Part shown: in pieces, positions 9,334 through 17,496 of the stretch
Numbering within the stretch: position 1 is the stretch's first letter
Layout: each line of letters opens with the position of its first letter
Origin: an uncultured Nitrospiraceae bacterium
Lineage (GTDB): Bacteria > Nitrospirota > Nitrospiria > Nitrospirales > Nitrospiraceae
Assembly (NCBI GenBank): GCA_963730935.1
Contig: CAVSTP010000004.1
Location: 448,001-512,000, forward strand
Direction: 5' to 3'
DNA: 64,000 nt
The notes under the pieces: generated by a model
Told to the model about the DNA's origin: nothing
Seen by the model: only the letters and a program-made list of their open reading frames with translations
The model's database searches: none
Program-made: the position numbers and the translations under genes

Positions 9334-9719
9334 CCGCCGGCTTGATCTGTGATGACGGCCGTTATCTCATCGCCAAACGCCGCACGGGCGTGCATCTTGC
9401 CGGACTATGGGAGTTTCCCGGCGGGAAGCGCGAACAGGGAGAAAGCCTGGAGGAATGCTTGCAGCGGGAACTGTACGAAGAGTTGAGCATTCGTATCGAC
9501 ATTCCCGTTCCATTTCGGATCATCCGGCATGAGTATCCTGAAAAAATCGTGGAGCTGCATTTCTTTCGCTGCACCATCGGGGAGGGCCGGGCGACCCCGC
9601 TCGATTGTGCGGAAATCCGGTGGGTATATCCATCGGAGATGGGGCAGTACCAATTTCCACCGGCCGATCGTCCGATCATCGAGGCATTGCAACGAGATGC
9701 GGCGGGGCCTCGCAGATGA
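9312..9719 (+). CDS. mutT: 8-oxo-dGTP diphosphatase (MutT/NudG family)
   Basis: WEFPGGK and intact Nudix box GGKREQGESLEECLQRELYEEL, FPPAD; overlaps mutY by 22 nt. Confidence 0.85.
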   Translation: MAKVVEVAAGLICDDGRYLIAKRRTGVHLAGLWEFPGGKREQGESLEECLQRELYEELSIRIDIPVPFRIIRHEYPEKIVELHFFRCTIGEGRATPLDCAEIRWVYPSEMGQYQFPPADRPIIEALQRDAAGPRR

Positions 9720-10423
9720 AAGTGGTCCTCGACATCGAAACCATCCAGTGCACACGCGAGGACTGGGTCCGCCTGGCGGGAAAATGCCGGCCGGTTGAGG
9801 CGGAGCCTCCTGAATTCGATCTCTTTGCAGCGGGAGAAGCCGAAGCCGAACGCCAGGCAGAGGAGGAACAATACGCAAAATCGGCGTTCGACGGAACCTA
9901 CAGCTCGATCGTCTGCATCGGCCTGTTGGAGTTCTCCGATCAGATGGAGCCCCGCGGAGCGGTTGCGTGGTATGGCGGCAACGAACGGGAGCTTCTCCGT
10001 CAGTTCTGGAGCCGTCTGGCACAGGACAAGCCGTCGTTGTTCATCACACACAACGGCCTCGGGTTCGATCTACCTTTTATCAGGAAACGCTCCATCATTC
10101 AGCAGGTCAAACCCAGCATGGACATCAGCCTGACCAAGTTCAGAGTGGAACCGGTGTATGACACGATGGCCATCTGGAGTAATTGGGACACGCGTGGGTG
10201 GGTCAAGCTCGACGTATTGGCGCGGGCATTGAATGTGGAAACCAAATCGGGCAGCGGCGATCAGGTGGCCGCGATGTGGGGGCAGGGAAAGGGACTAGAC
10301 CTCGCGCAGTACTGTTTGCAAGACACGTATGTTACGTATGCCTGCTATTGCCGGATGAACTTCCGACAACCACTGTCCCGTGAAGTCGTCCTGCTACAGC
10401 CCGAACTGCTCGACGTTGGTTGA
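9716..10423 (+). CDS. Stand-alone DEDD 3'-5' exonuclease (PolB proofreading/RNase H-like)
   Basis: ExoI LDIET, ExoII HNGLGFDLPF, ExoIII YCLQD; ATGA overlap with mutT. Confidence 0.82.
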   Translation: MKVVLDIETIQCTREDWVRLAGKCRPVEAEPPEFDLFAAGEAEAERQAEEEQYAKSAFDGTYSSIVCIGLLEFSDQMEPRGAVAWYGGNERELLRQFWSRLAQDKPSLFITHNGLGFDLPFIRKRSIIQQVKPSMDISLTKFRVEPVYDTMAIWSNWDTRGWVKLDVLARALNVETKSGSGDQVAAMWGQGKGLDLAQYCLQDTYVTYACYCRMNFRQPLSREVVLLQPELLDVG

Positions 10424-10427
10424 TTCG

Positions 10428-11306
10428 CTAGGGGGTCCGATAGGCCTGCGCCTTTTTCTTCTTCGGTGGAACCTTCACGGTCGCTTTGAGCGCTTTAATC
10501 TCTTCGTCACGGTCTCGCAATTCCCGTTTCATCCAGTCGGACTCTTTGCGGAGCACCTTGATTTCCGTCTCCTTCTTGACGAGCATGTCCTTGGCTCGAT
10601 TGAGTTGCACTTGCATTTCCGCCGGCCCCTCTCCCTCGATCGTCGCCATTGCTGCGGGCACTGCCATTCTCGAACTGGTGGCTGGAGCCGTGCCTGTCTT
10701 CGCGACTGGCACCGCCGCCGGCATCGGTGCTTGCGCAAGGGCATGGTAGTCGATGACTTGAGCGATCACACCCGCCCTGCCGCCTGCGGCATAGGGGGGA
10801 GCCTGCTCTGCTCGGGCGGCCGATTCTGGCACGAACGTCGTGGCTCCCGCGCCTTTCGAAATTGTGAAATGAATGGCACTCTGCTGGACGTAAATGCTGC
10901 CCGCCGTGGGTTCAGAGCCTGACCCTGCCGATGAGGATACGCGAAACACGACTAGCTGTTCGGGTTTCGCTTTCGATAAGCCTTGTGCGAGCAGGGGAGC
11001 CAGGAACTCCGCATCCTCATCGCTGAACACTCTCATCGGCTTGCTGCCAGCGGCGGACATTCTCGATCCGTGTTGATCCTCCGCGGAATACACTCCTTTG
11101 ACGATTTTCAAAATGGTGGTCTGGTCGATGATGGCTGGATGGCTGGCTTCGAAAGACCAGTCCATGATCTCTTCGAGAGAGACGCTACCTTTTGCATTGT
11201 GCGCAATTTTTGAAGTGGAACTGCATCCGGTGACCATGAGGGACAGCCCCACGAGGGCGTACAGCGTCGCATTGATCAACCTGGTGCCGGGTGAAAGGGT
11301 CGACAT
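10428..11306 (-). CDS. Hypothetical lipoprotein with C-terminal coiled coil and Lys-rich tail
   Basis: SD AAGGAG; lipobox VTGC; tail KVPPKKKK. Confidence 0.7.
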   Translation of the reverse strand: MSTLSPGTRLINATLYALVGLSLMVTGCSSTSKIAHNAKGSVSLEEIMDWSFEASHPAIIDQTTILKIVKGVYSAEDQHGSRMSAAGSKPMRVFSDEDAEFLAPLLAQGLSKAKPEQLVVFRVSSSAGSGSEPTAGSIYVQQSAIHFTISKGAGATTFVPESAARAEQAPPYAAGGRAGVIAQVIDYHALAQAPMPAAVPVAKTGTAPATSSRMAVPAAMATIEGEGPAEMQVQLNRAKDMLVKKETEIKVLRKESDWMKRELRDRDEEIKALKATVKVPPKKKKAQAYRTP

Positions 11307-11371
11307 CGCTGTTCTCCTTTGCCGAATGGGTGAGAAGCTGCACGCCGGCGGCGGCGCGCGCGAGAGCGTGG

Positions 11372-11500
11372 TTACCAGATGCCTAAGCCCATCAGCGTCA
11401 TGCTGAGCGCCAGCCAGCCGAAGAGCCCTACCGCGATAATGGTCTCCAGGCTCGTGGTCGAATCCGATTGCTTATCAGGAGGATGTTGAAAAGACTTCAT
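11372..11500 (-). CDS. 42-aa single-pass membrane small protein (not in ORF track)
   Basis: MKSFQHPPDKQSDSTTSLETIIAVGLFGWLALSMTLMGLGIW; GGAG 7 nt upstream of ATG; same strand as the downstream lipoprotein. Confidence 0.55.
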   Translation of the reverse strand: MKSFQHPPDKQSDSTTSLETIIAVGLFGWLALSMTLMGLGIW

Positions 11501-11813
11501 GTCGTCGCTCCGTTCGGCAATGAGTAGAGGTTTCCAAGTCGTTCATTTTTCAAGCAAAGACTATGCCCTTTATTCGTCCCCTTGTAGTGGATGTAAAGAT
11601 TCTCCGAAGAGATCCGGATTCGGTTTGAGAAGCTCAAAAAACTGCCTTCAAAAGCGCTTATGCTGTTCTTGTCTAAAACATTGATTTAATAGATATTAAC
11701 GAATTGTCTGGTCGTCAAAGAGTGAGAGGCTGCTTTCCGAGGCATCACCGGGAAGAGAGTCTTTGGAGGAGGCGGTTGTAGCCGAAGAAAAAATACGTAC
11801 CGAAGGAATCCAG

Positions 11814-13217
11814 CTACGACTGAACGATATTCGTACAGGAGTGTTCGTTTTTCGCCGGGAGGTGTTCGGCCCGTGCCACCGCCCTGGCGTAGAGCGTGGA
11901 CGCCGACGCATCGGAGATCGAGCAGGCCACCAATTCACCTGGCCGGCATGCCAGGTCCGTCTTATTCCAAATTACGGTCACGTTGCCGTCACTTTTTCCC
12001 ATGCCCTGTAAGCTGGATTTCTTCGCGTCGCCTTCGACGAGGACGGGGAGTGTCTCGCCGAGATACTCGCGGTTCCGCTCCGTCGAAATGCGACGCTGCA
12101 GCTCGACTAAGGTGGTGACGCGGCGCGATTTGACCTCGTGGGGAACATCGTCGGGAAATTTTCTTGCGGCGATGGTATTCGTCCGTTCTGAGTAAAGAAA
12201 GATAAAGGCGGAATGGTACCTGACCTCTTCCAGCAGGCGATACGTGTCCGCAAACTCCTCCTCGGTCTCCGAGCAGAATCCCGCAATAATATCCGTCGTC
12301 AGGACAATGCGTGAATTCATCGAGCGGATCCGTTCGACGAGCGCCAAGTATTCGCGTCTCGTGTAGGTGCGGTTCATCATGCCCAGGATCCGATCATTCC
12401 CCGATTGCGCGGGAAGATGGATGTGCTTACAAATCTTGGGATGGCAGACCACTGCCTCCAGTAAAGGCGGAGGAAAATCCTTCGGATGCGGAGACGTGAA
12501 TCTCACACGCTCGATCCCGGGAATGTCCGCGACGGCGGTCAAAAGACGGGCAAAGTCCCAGTCGTCTGACCGGTAGGAATTGACGTTCTGGCCCAGAAGC
12601 GTGATCTGCCTGAAGCCTTCACCGGCAATACGGGCGGCTTCGTCGAGAATACCGTGCGGATCCCGAGACCGTTCACGCCCGCGCGTATAGGGAACCACAC
12701 AGAAACTGCAGAAGTTGTCGCAGCCGCGCATGACGGCGATCCAGGCGTTGACGCCTGGAATGCGCGCGGGAACGATGTCAGCGTACGTCTCATACTCGGA
12801 CAAGTCCACGGCCAGGGCTTTCAGATGCTCATCCTGTTCCTGGGCATGAACCGCATCGCGAATCAGCCTCGGCAGCTGACGATAGGAGTCGGGGCCGGCC
12901 AACAGATCGACCAGCGGCTCCTGCTTGGTGAGCTCCTCCTTGAGATTTTGTGCCATGCAGCCCAGGACACCAACGACCAAGGACCGTCTTCTTTTGAGAG
13001 CCTTGAGGTCGGACAGATGCGTATATACCTTCGTGTGGGCATTTTCCCGGATGGCACAGGTATTCATGAGAATCACATCGGCGGATTCCCGGTCGTCGGT
13101 CATGACATACCCTTCGCGCACGAGCAGGGCTCGAACGAGCTCGGAGTCATACTCGTTCATCTGACAACCGAACGTTTCGATGTGCACCTGGCGACGGTGA
13201 CCGGGCCCAACACTCAT
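11814..13217 (-). CDS. miaB: tRNA i6A37 methylthiotransferase MiaB
   Basis: TFGCQMNEYDS, NTCAIRENA, radical SAM CDNFCSFC, RFTSPHP, TRAM domain; ATGA overlap with mtaB. Confidence 0.93.
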   Translation of the reverse strand: MSVGPGHRRQVHIETFGCQMNEYDSELVRALLVREGYVMTDDRESADVILMNTCAIRENAHTKVYTHLSDLKALKRRRSLVVGVLGCMAQNLKEELTKQEPLVDLLAGPDSYRQLPRLIRDAVHAQEQDEHLKALAVDLSEYETYADIVPARIPGVNAWIAVMRGCDNFCSFCVVPYTRGRERSRDPHGILDEAARIAGEGFRQITLLGQNVNSYRSDDWDFARLLTAVADIPGIERVRFTSPHPKDFPPPLLEAVVCHPKICKHIHLPAQSGNDRILGMMNRTYTRREYLALVERIRSMNSRIVLTTDIIAGFCSETEEEFADTYRLLEEVRYHSAFIFLYSERTNTIAARKFPDDVPHEVKSRRVTTLVELQRRISTERNREYLGETLPVLVEGDAKKSSLQGMGKSDGNVTVIWNKTDLACRPGELVACSISDASASTLYARAVARAEHLPAKNEHSCTNIVQS

Positions 13218-14539
13218 GACAGTGTTCCTTCCATCTCGTTCATCATCAGTCGGCCGATCGCCCAACGATCAGAAGCGCCTGTGACCGTGACTTCGTGGGT
13301 TTGATTAACCAGCGCCGATTCACTCGCGACGCCAACCTTGAGAAAATGCGGGGTCGTCCCGAGACGCAAACCCTCGGTTTGTCCTTCTTCAAACAGCACG
13401 GAGACCGAGTTGCCAATCCAGCGTTCTGCAAATGCAAGTCGTTTCTGACGCGACAACTGGGCCAGTGTCTGCGCGCGCTCCCGTACGACCTCAGTTGAAA
13501 TGTCTTGAGGCATCTTGACCGCCGCAGTTCCAGGCCGCCTCGAGTATGTGAATACATGAAAATAGGAAAATGGAAGGCTGCTGCACACCTCAACGGTTTC
13601 CTGGAATGCCTCGTCGGATTCTCCTGGAAAGCCCACCATCAGATCGGTGCCCAACGCCAGATCCGAAACTCGTGAAAAAGCACGCTCAATAAGCGACACG
13701 AATGACCCTACGTGATAAGGGCGGTTCATGGCGCTGAGCACCGCATCGTCTCCACTCTGAAGCGGAACGTGCAGGTACGGGCACAACTTGCGCCCAGCGC
13801 CCATCCGCTCTAGCAGTGGTTCCGTCACCGTTGTCGGTTCGATCGATGACAACCGAATACGCTGGATGCCGCTAATGACTTCCAAGCGATCGATGAGGCC
13901 GCTGAGGTCCATGCCGTTTGATTGATACTTGCCGATGTTCACCCCGGTCAGGACCAGCTCTCGACGGCCGCGTGCGGCCTGCGATTCAGCCTCTGCAAGA
14001 ACGTCGTCGAGAAGTCGGCTGCGTTCATGTCCCCTTGCAAACGGGATGAGGCAGAAGCTGCACATCACGTTGCATCCATCTTGAATTTTTAACAGAGCCC
14101 TGGTGGCATCGGACTCGCCGAACTCGGGGAGGACGAACTCGTCGCGAGCGATCGTTCTCGTATGCAGCACCTCCGGCGTCGGCTGTTTCCGAAGCACCTC
14201 CGGAGGTGGCAAGAACGAGGGCAGGTCCGACTTGAATTGGTTGCCGACGATGAGATCAATCCCGGGAATACTCCGCAATTGATTCATGCCTGTCTGAGCG
14301 TAACAACCGGTAACCGCCACGAAGGCATCCGGGGAATGTTTCAACGTCTTTCGAATCACGTACCGGCAAGTGCGCTCCGCCTCGGCCGTGACAGAGCAGG
14401 TGTTGACGACGAGCAGATCGGTCGGCTCTCCCCAGGCCACGACCGTGTAACCTCGACGCCGCAACTGGGACTCGAGCACAGACGTTTCCGCTTGGTTGAG
14501 CCGGCAGCCGAGGCTGTGAAGTGACGCACGCTTTCTCAT
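13214..14539 (-). CDS. mtaB: tRNA t6A37 methylthiotransferase MtaB
   Basis: LGCRLNQAET, NTCSVT, KIQDGCNVMCSFC, RLSSIEP, HVFTYSRRPGT. Confidence 0.9.
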   Translation of the reverse strand: MRKRASLHSLGCRLNQAETSVLESQLRRRGYTVVAWGEPTDLLVVNTCSVTAEAERTCRYVIRKTLKHSPDAFVAVTGCYAQTGMNQLRSIPGIDLIVGNQFKSDLPSFLPPPEVLRKQPTPEVLHTRTIARDEFVLPEFGESDATRALLKIQDGCNVMCSFCLIPFARGHERSRLLDDVLAEAESQAARGRRELVLTGVNIGKYQSNGMDLSGLIDRLEVISGIQRIRLSSIEPTTVTEPLLERMGAGRKLCPYLHVPLQSGDDAVLSAMNRPYHVGSFVSLIERAFSRVSDLALGTDLMVGFPGESDEAFQETVEVCSSLPFSYFHVFTYSRRPGTAAVKMPQDISTEVVRERAQTLAQLSRQKRLAFAERWIGNSVSVLFEEGQTEGLRLGTTPHFLKVGVASESALVNQTHEVTVTGASDRWAIGRLMMNEMEGTLS

Positions 14540-14548
14540 GAATCGCGC

Positions 14549-14578
14549 ATTATAGAGAGCTCTTTACAGGAGGGGCAA
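14549..14578 (-). promoter_or_regulatory. Sigma70-type promoter of mtaB-miaB (near-leaderless)
   Basis: TTGCCC-N18-TATAAT ending 9 nt before the ATG. Confidence 0.6.
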
Positions 14579-14662
14579 GTCCGCCGTGAAATACACCTTG
14601 TAAGTTGAAGGGGTCCGACCGTCGTGGTAGCATGGCATTTGAAAACATCACCCGAGGATTCG

Positions 14663-15067
14663 GTGGCGATTCGGCTCCTCATCGTGTGCGGCTTTCTCTC
14701 CCTCACCCTACTTCTCGTGCGCGACGCCTGTGCCAAGGATGTACTGCCCGTCGAACCGGACGTCAGCACGCGCATTGATGAGTTATACGATCACGAAGCT
14801 CGCTTGTTTCTTATGCTGTATTCGCTAAAAGGGGACGGTCACGTGGACTACATCACGGGGCGCATGGTCCAGGAGTACGCCCGCAGCAACTTCGGAAATC
14901 CCGTGTATCAGACCGAAGTGCACCCGTTGTTCTATTGGTGGAATCATATAATGTGGAACGATCCTGAACAGGATGGCGTCAACGGCAACGAGCGCATCTA
15001 TCAGGAAAACGTGGAATTCGACGTTACCCGCTACAAACCCTGCACCTTTAACGGGCAGCCTTGCTGA
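14663..15067 (+). CDS. Secreted hypothetical protein
   Basis: Signal-like N-terminus after GAGG and GTG 14663 (ORF is open from 14624); DGHVD and DPEQDGVNGNE resemble Ca-binding loops; terminal Cys pair. Confidence 0.6.
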   Translation: MAIRLLIVCGFLSLTLLLVRDACAKDVLPVEPDVSTRIDELYDHEARLFLMLYSLKGDGHVDYITGRMVQEYARSNFGNPVYQTEVHPLFYWWNHIMWNDPEQDGVNGNERIYQENVEFDVTRYKPCTFNGQPC

Positions 15068-15182
15068 GCCGGCAGCTTCTCGCTCCGGACGTCCAACGGC
15101 TCACCGAACCAAATTGGCGATTCTCCTAAAGTCGTGACCGGTCTGGTGCTATCCTAGGCACGCACAGAAGCTATCTAATCAC

Positions 15183-16451
15183 ATGGCTGCCTCCTTCGCA
15201 CAAATCCTCGGGAATAAGCGCATTGCACTGATGCTGCCGTTGGGGTTCGCCTCCGGACTGCCTCTCGCACTCACATCGGGGACTCTGCAGGCCTGGTTGA
15301 CGGTCGCGGGAGTGGATCTGAAAACCATCGGGATATTTACACTGGTCGGCCTTCCGTACAGCCTGAAGTTTCTCTGGGCGCCCGTCATGGATCGGATCAC
15401 TCTCCCCTGGTTAGGGCGACGGCGCGGCTGGATGCTCGTCACGCAGATTGCGGTGGCCGCCGGATTGGCGTTGATGGGAGTGATCGGTACCGAGAGCGGA
15501 TCACGGTGGCTCGGCGGCATCGCGATCGCCGTCGCATTCATGTCTGCATCCCTGGACATCGTCTTTGACGCCTATCGTACGGATGTCCTGCTGTCCGCCG
15601 AGCGGGGATTCGGCGCCGCAGTTTGGGTGAATGGTTATCGTCTGGCTCTCTTGCTGTCGAGTGCCGGAGCCTTGGTGCTGGCCGACCACATCGGATGGCG
15701 GGGCACCTACCTGGCGCTGGCTACTCTGATGGCGGCAGGATCCGTGACCGTCCTCCTCAGCCCGAACCCTCCGGCAGGTGGTCTCCCGCCGAAGACGCTT
15801 AAGGAAGCGGTCGGATTGCCGCTGCGTGAACTCTTCGCCAGACCCGACATTTATGGATTGCTGAGCCTCATTGTGCTCTACAAGGTTGGAGATGCCGTCG
15901 CTGGATCATTGCAGACCGCCTTCTTCATCGGCGGTCTCGGCTTTACCGCAGGGGAGGTCGGATATGTAAAAGGTCTCGGCATCGCCGCCACGTTGATCGG
16001 CGCATTGGCAGGCGGCATGGTGATGGCCAAAACCGGATTGGCCCGTTCGCTGCTGCTCTTCGGGATTCTCCAGGCACTGTCCAATCTTTCGTTCATGCTG
16101 CTGGCTTGGATCGGAAAGAGTTACGAGGCTCTTGCGGCTTCAGTCGTCATCGAAAACATCACGGGTGGTATGGGCACGGCAGCCTTCGTCGCGCTTGTGA
16201 TGTCCCTCTGCGACCATCGGTATACGGCGACGCAATTCGCGTTGCTGTCTTCACTGGAAGCCTTCGGGCGGGTCTTTTCAGGTCGTCCCTCGGCTGAAGC
16301 CGTGAGCCTTCTGGGATGGGGCTGGTTCTTTTTTCTCTCGTTCCTTCTCGCGTTGCCTGGTTGCTGGCTTGTGTGGCACTACCGCCGGCAGCTCGCCCCT
16401 GACACAGGCGAAGCCACCGCCGCGGAATCTCCGGTCATGAAACCGGCTTAA
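15183..16451 (+). CDS. ampG: AmpG-family muropeptide MFS transporter
   Basis: LGFASGLPLAL, PYSLKFLWAP, GRRRGW, DIVFDAYR, YTATQFALLSS. Confidence 0.9.
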   Translation: MAASFAQILGNKRIALMLPLGFASGLPLALTSGTLQAWLTVAGVDLKTIGIFTLVGLPYSLKFLWAPVMDRITLPWLGRRRGWMLVTQIAVAAGLALMGVIGTESGSRWLGGIAIAVAFMSASLDIVFDAYRTDVLLSAERGFGAAVWVNGYRLALLLSSAGALVLADHIGWRGTYLALATLMAAGSVTVLLSPNPPAGGLPPKTLKEAVGLPLRELFARPDIYGLLSLIVLYKVGDAVAGSLQTAFFIGGLGFTAGEVGYVKGLGIAATLIGALAGGMVMAKTGLARSLLLFGILQALSNLSFMLLAWIGKSYEALAASVVIENITGGMGTAAFVALVMSLCDHRYTATQFALLSSLEAFGRVFSGRPSAEAVSLLGWGWFFFLSFLLALPGCWLVWHYRRQLAPDTGEATAAESPVMKPA

Positions 16452-16734
16452 GACGCCGCTGAAGAAACAGCACGAACAAGAGCAGGGTGGGCAAGGGTGC
16501 GAGCGCATAGGGCACCAACCAAATCCAGACATTCTTGGCTCTCATGCGGGTCTGATCGATCATCCAGACGAAGACCCAGACCATGAGGCCGATGTAATTG
16601 AGCGCCATCCATCTCGTCGTATGTATTTTCAAGCCACTGGCGCTGTCCGGGGTACCGTGGATGAGAAATGTACCCAAGATGATCACGAATAATCCCAAGA
16701 GTATCGCAACGAGCTTTTTACTCCATACGAACAT
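16435..16734 (-). CDS. Small membrane protein with three hydrophobic segments
   Basis: SD GGAGGAG before ATG 16734. Confidence 0.6.
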   Translation of the reverse strand: MFVWSKKLVAILLGLFVIILGTFLIHGTPDSASGLKIHTTRWMALNYIGLMVWVFVWMIDQTRMRAKNVWIWLVPYALAPLPTLLLFVLFLQRRLKPVS

Positions 16735-16836
16735 GACAAGCTCCTCCAGCAGGTTCAAAGCAATAGGACGTGTCGAACAATCGAAAACTTGCGGTAGGCT
16801 AAAGATGAGATCGAGATTTGTCAAAGGAAAGCATCT

Positions 16837-17208
16837 ATGAGCCTGCTTCAGCTCATGATCATCGTTATTGGGCTGGGCTTGGGCATCGCGCTGGTTCTGT
16901 CCAATCCGACGACGGACGACTACCTATTGTTCGTCGAAGGCCAGTTGGGAAAGGCGATGGATCGCAGCGAACAGAGCCAATCATCGCGCGAGCAAGCCAT
17001 GTTGAAATCGATCTTCCGCTCCCATAGCCACGAACTGATGGAGACCGCCGTTCGTCCCCACACGCTTCGTCGAAATTGGGGGGTGATGAGCATTTACGAA
17101 ACCTCCTTGTTCGACGTGCGCATCGTCGTGCTTGGCGTCGCTGGCTCCTTGATTCCACTTAAGGGAATCGATGAGGCCATCCTCCGTCTCGGGCGTCTCG
17201 CTTTCTAG
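16837..17208 (+). CDS. Membrane-anchored hypothetical protein (DUF4359-like)
   Basis: N-terminal TM followed by SNPTTDDY; RRNWGVMSIY...GVAGSLIP. Confidence 0.6.
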   Translation: MSLLQLMIIVIGLGLGIALVLSNPTTDDYLLFVEGQLGKAMDRSEQSQSSREQAMLKSIFRSHSHELMETAVRPHTLRRNWGVMSIYETSLFDVRIVVLGVAGSLIPLKGIDEAILRLGRLAF

Positions 17209-17226
17209 GATTAGCTGCCCCATCAG

Positions 17227-17320
17227 TTCTCCACAGCTGTGGATAACCTGTCTTTTTTTCCATCAAAGTGGCCTTGCGCAACTGTTAGCTGCTATCCACA
17301 GGCTTTCCTCAGTTTCCACA
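17227..17320. promoter_or_regulatory. Cluster of DnaA boxes upstream of nrdJ
   Basis: TTCTCCACA 17227, perfect TGTGGATAA 17238, CTATCCACA 17292, GTTTCCACA 17312. Confidence 0.7.
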
Positions 17321-17326
17321 GGAAAG

Positions 17327-17374
17327 CCACAATATTTAGTATTGACAATTCCTGGCAATAGCTATATGTAGTCA
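17327..17374 (+). promoter_or_regulatory. Tandem NrdR boxes overlapping the nrdJ promoter
   Basis: CCACAATATTTAGTAT (17327-17342) and TAGCTATATGTAGTCA (17359-17374) match acaCwAtATaTwGtg, 32 bp apart; TTGACA at 17342. Confidence 0.85.
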
Positions 17375-17496
17375 TCCCCGTGAACGGCGACATCAAATTC
17401 GGTCAAATATCCACGCCGGTGAGGTCCTTTCGGCCTACTACTTCCGTAGGGTCCGAGGGAGGCTGCAATTAGCTCGGAATTCAGGGAGGAGGCATC

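Noticed and set aside
16435..16451. Short convergent 3' overlaps (also 24224-24240, 57659-57665, 63255-63258)
   Set aside because: Common in compact genomes; no further evidence of antisense function
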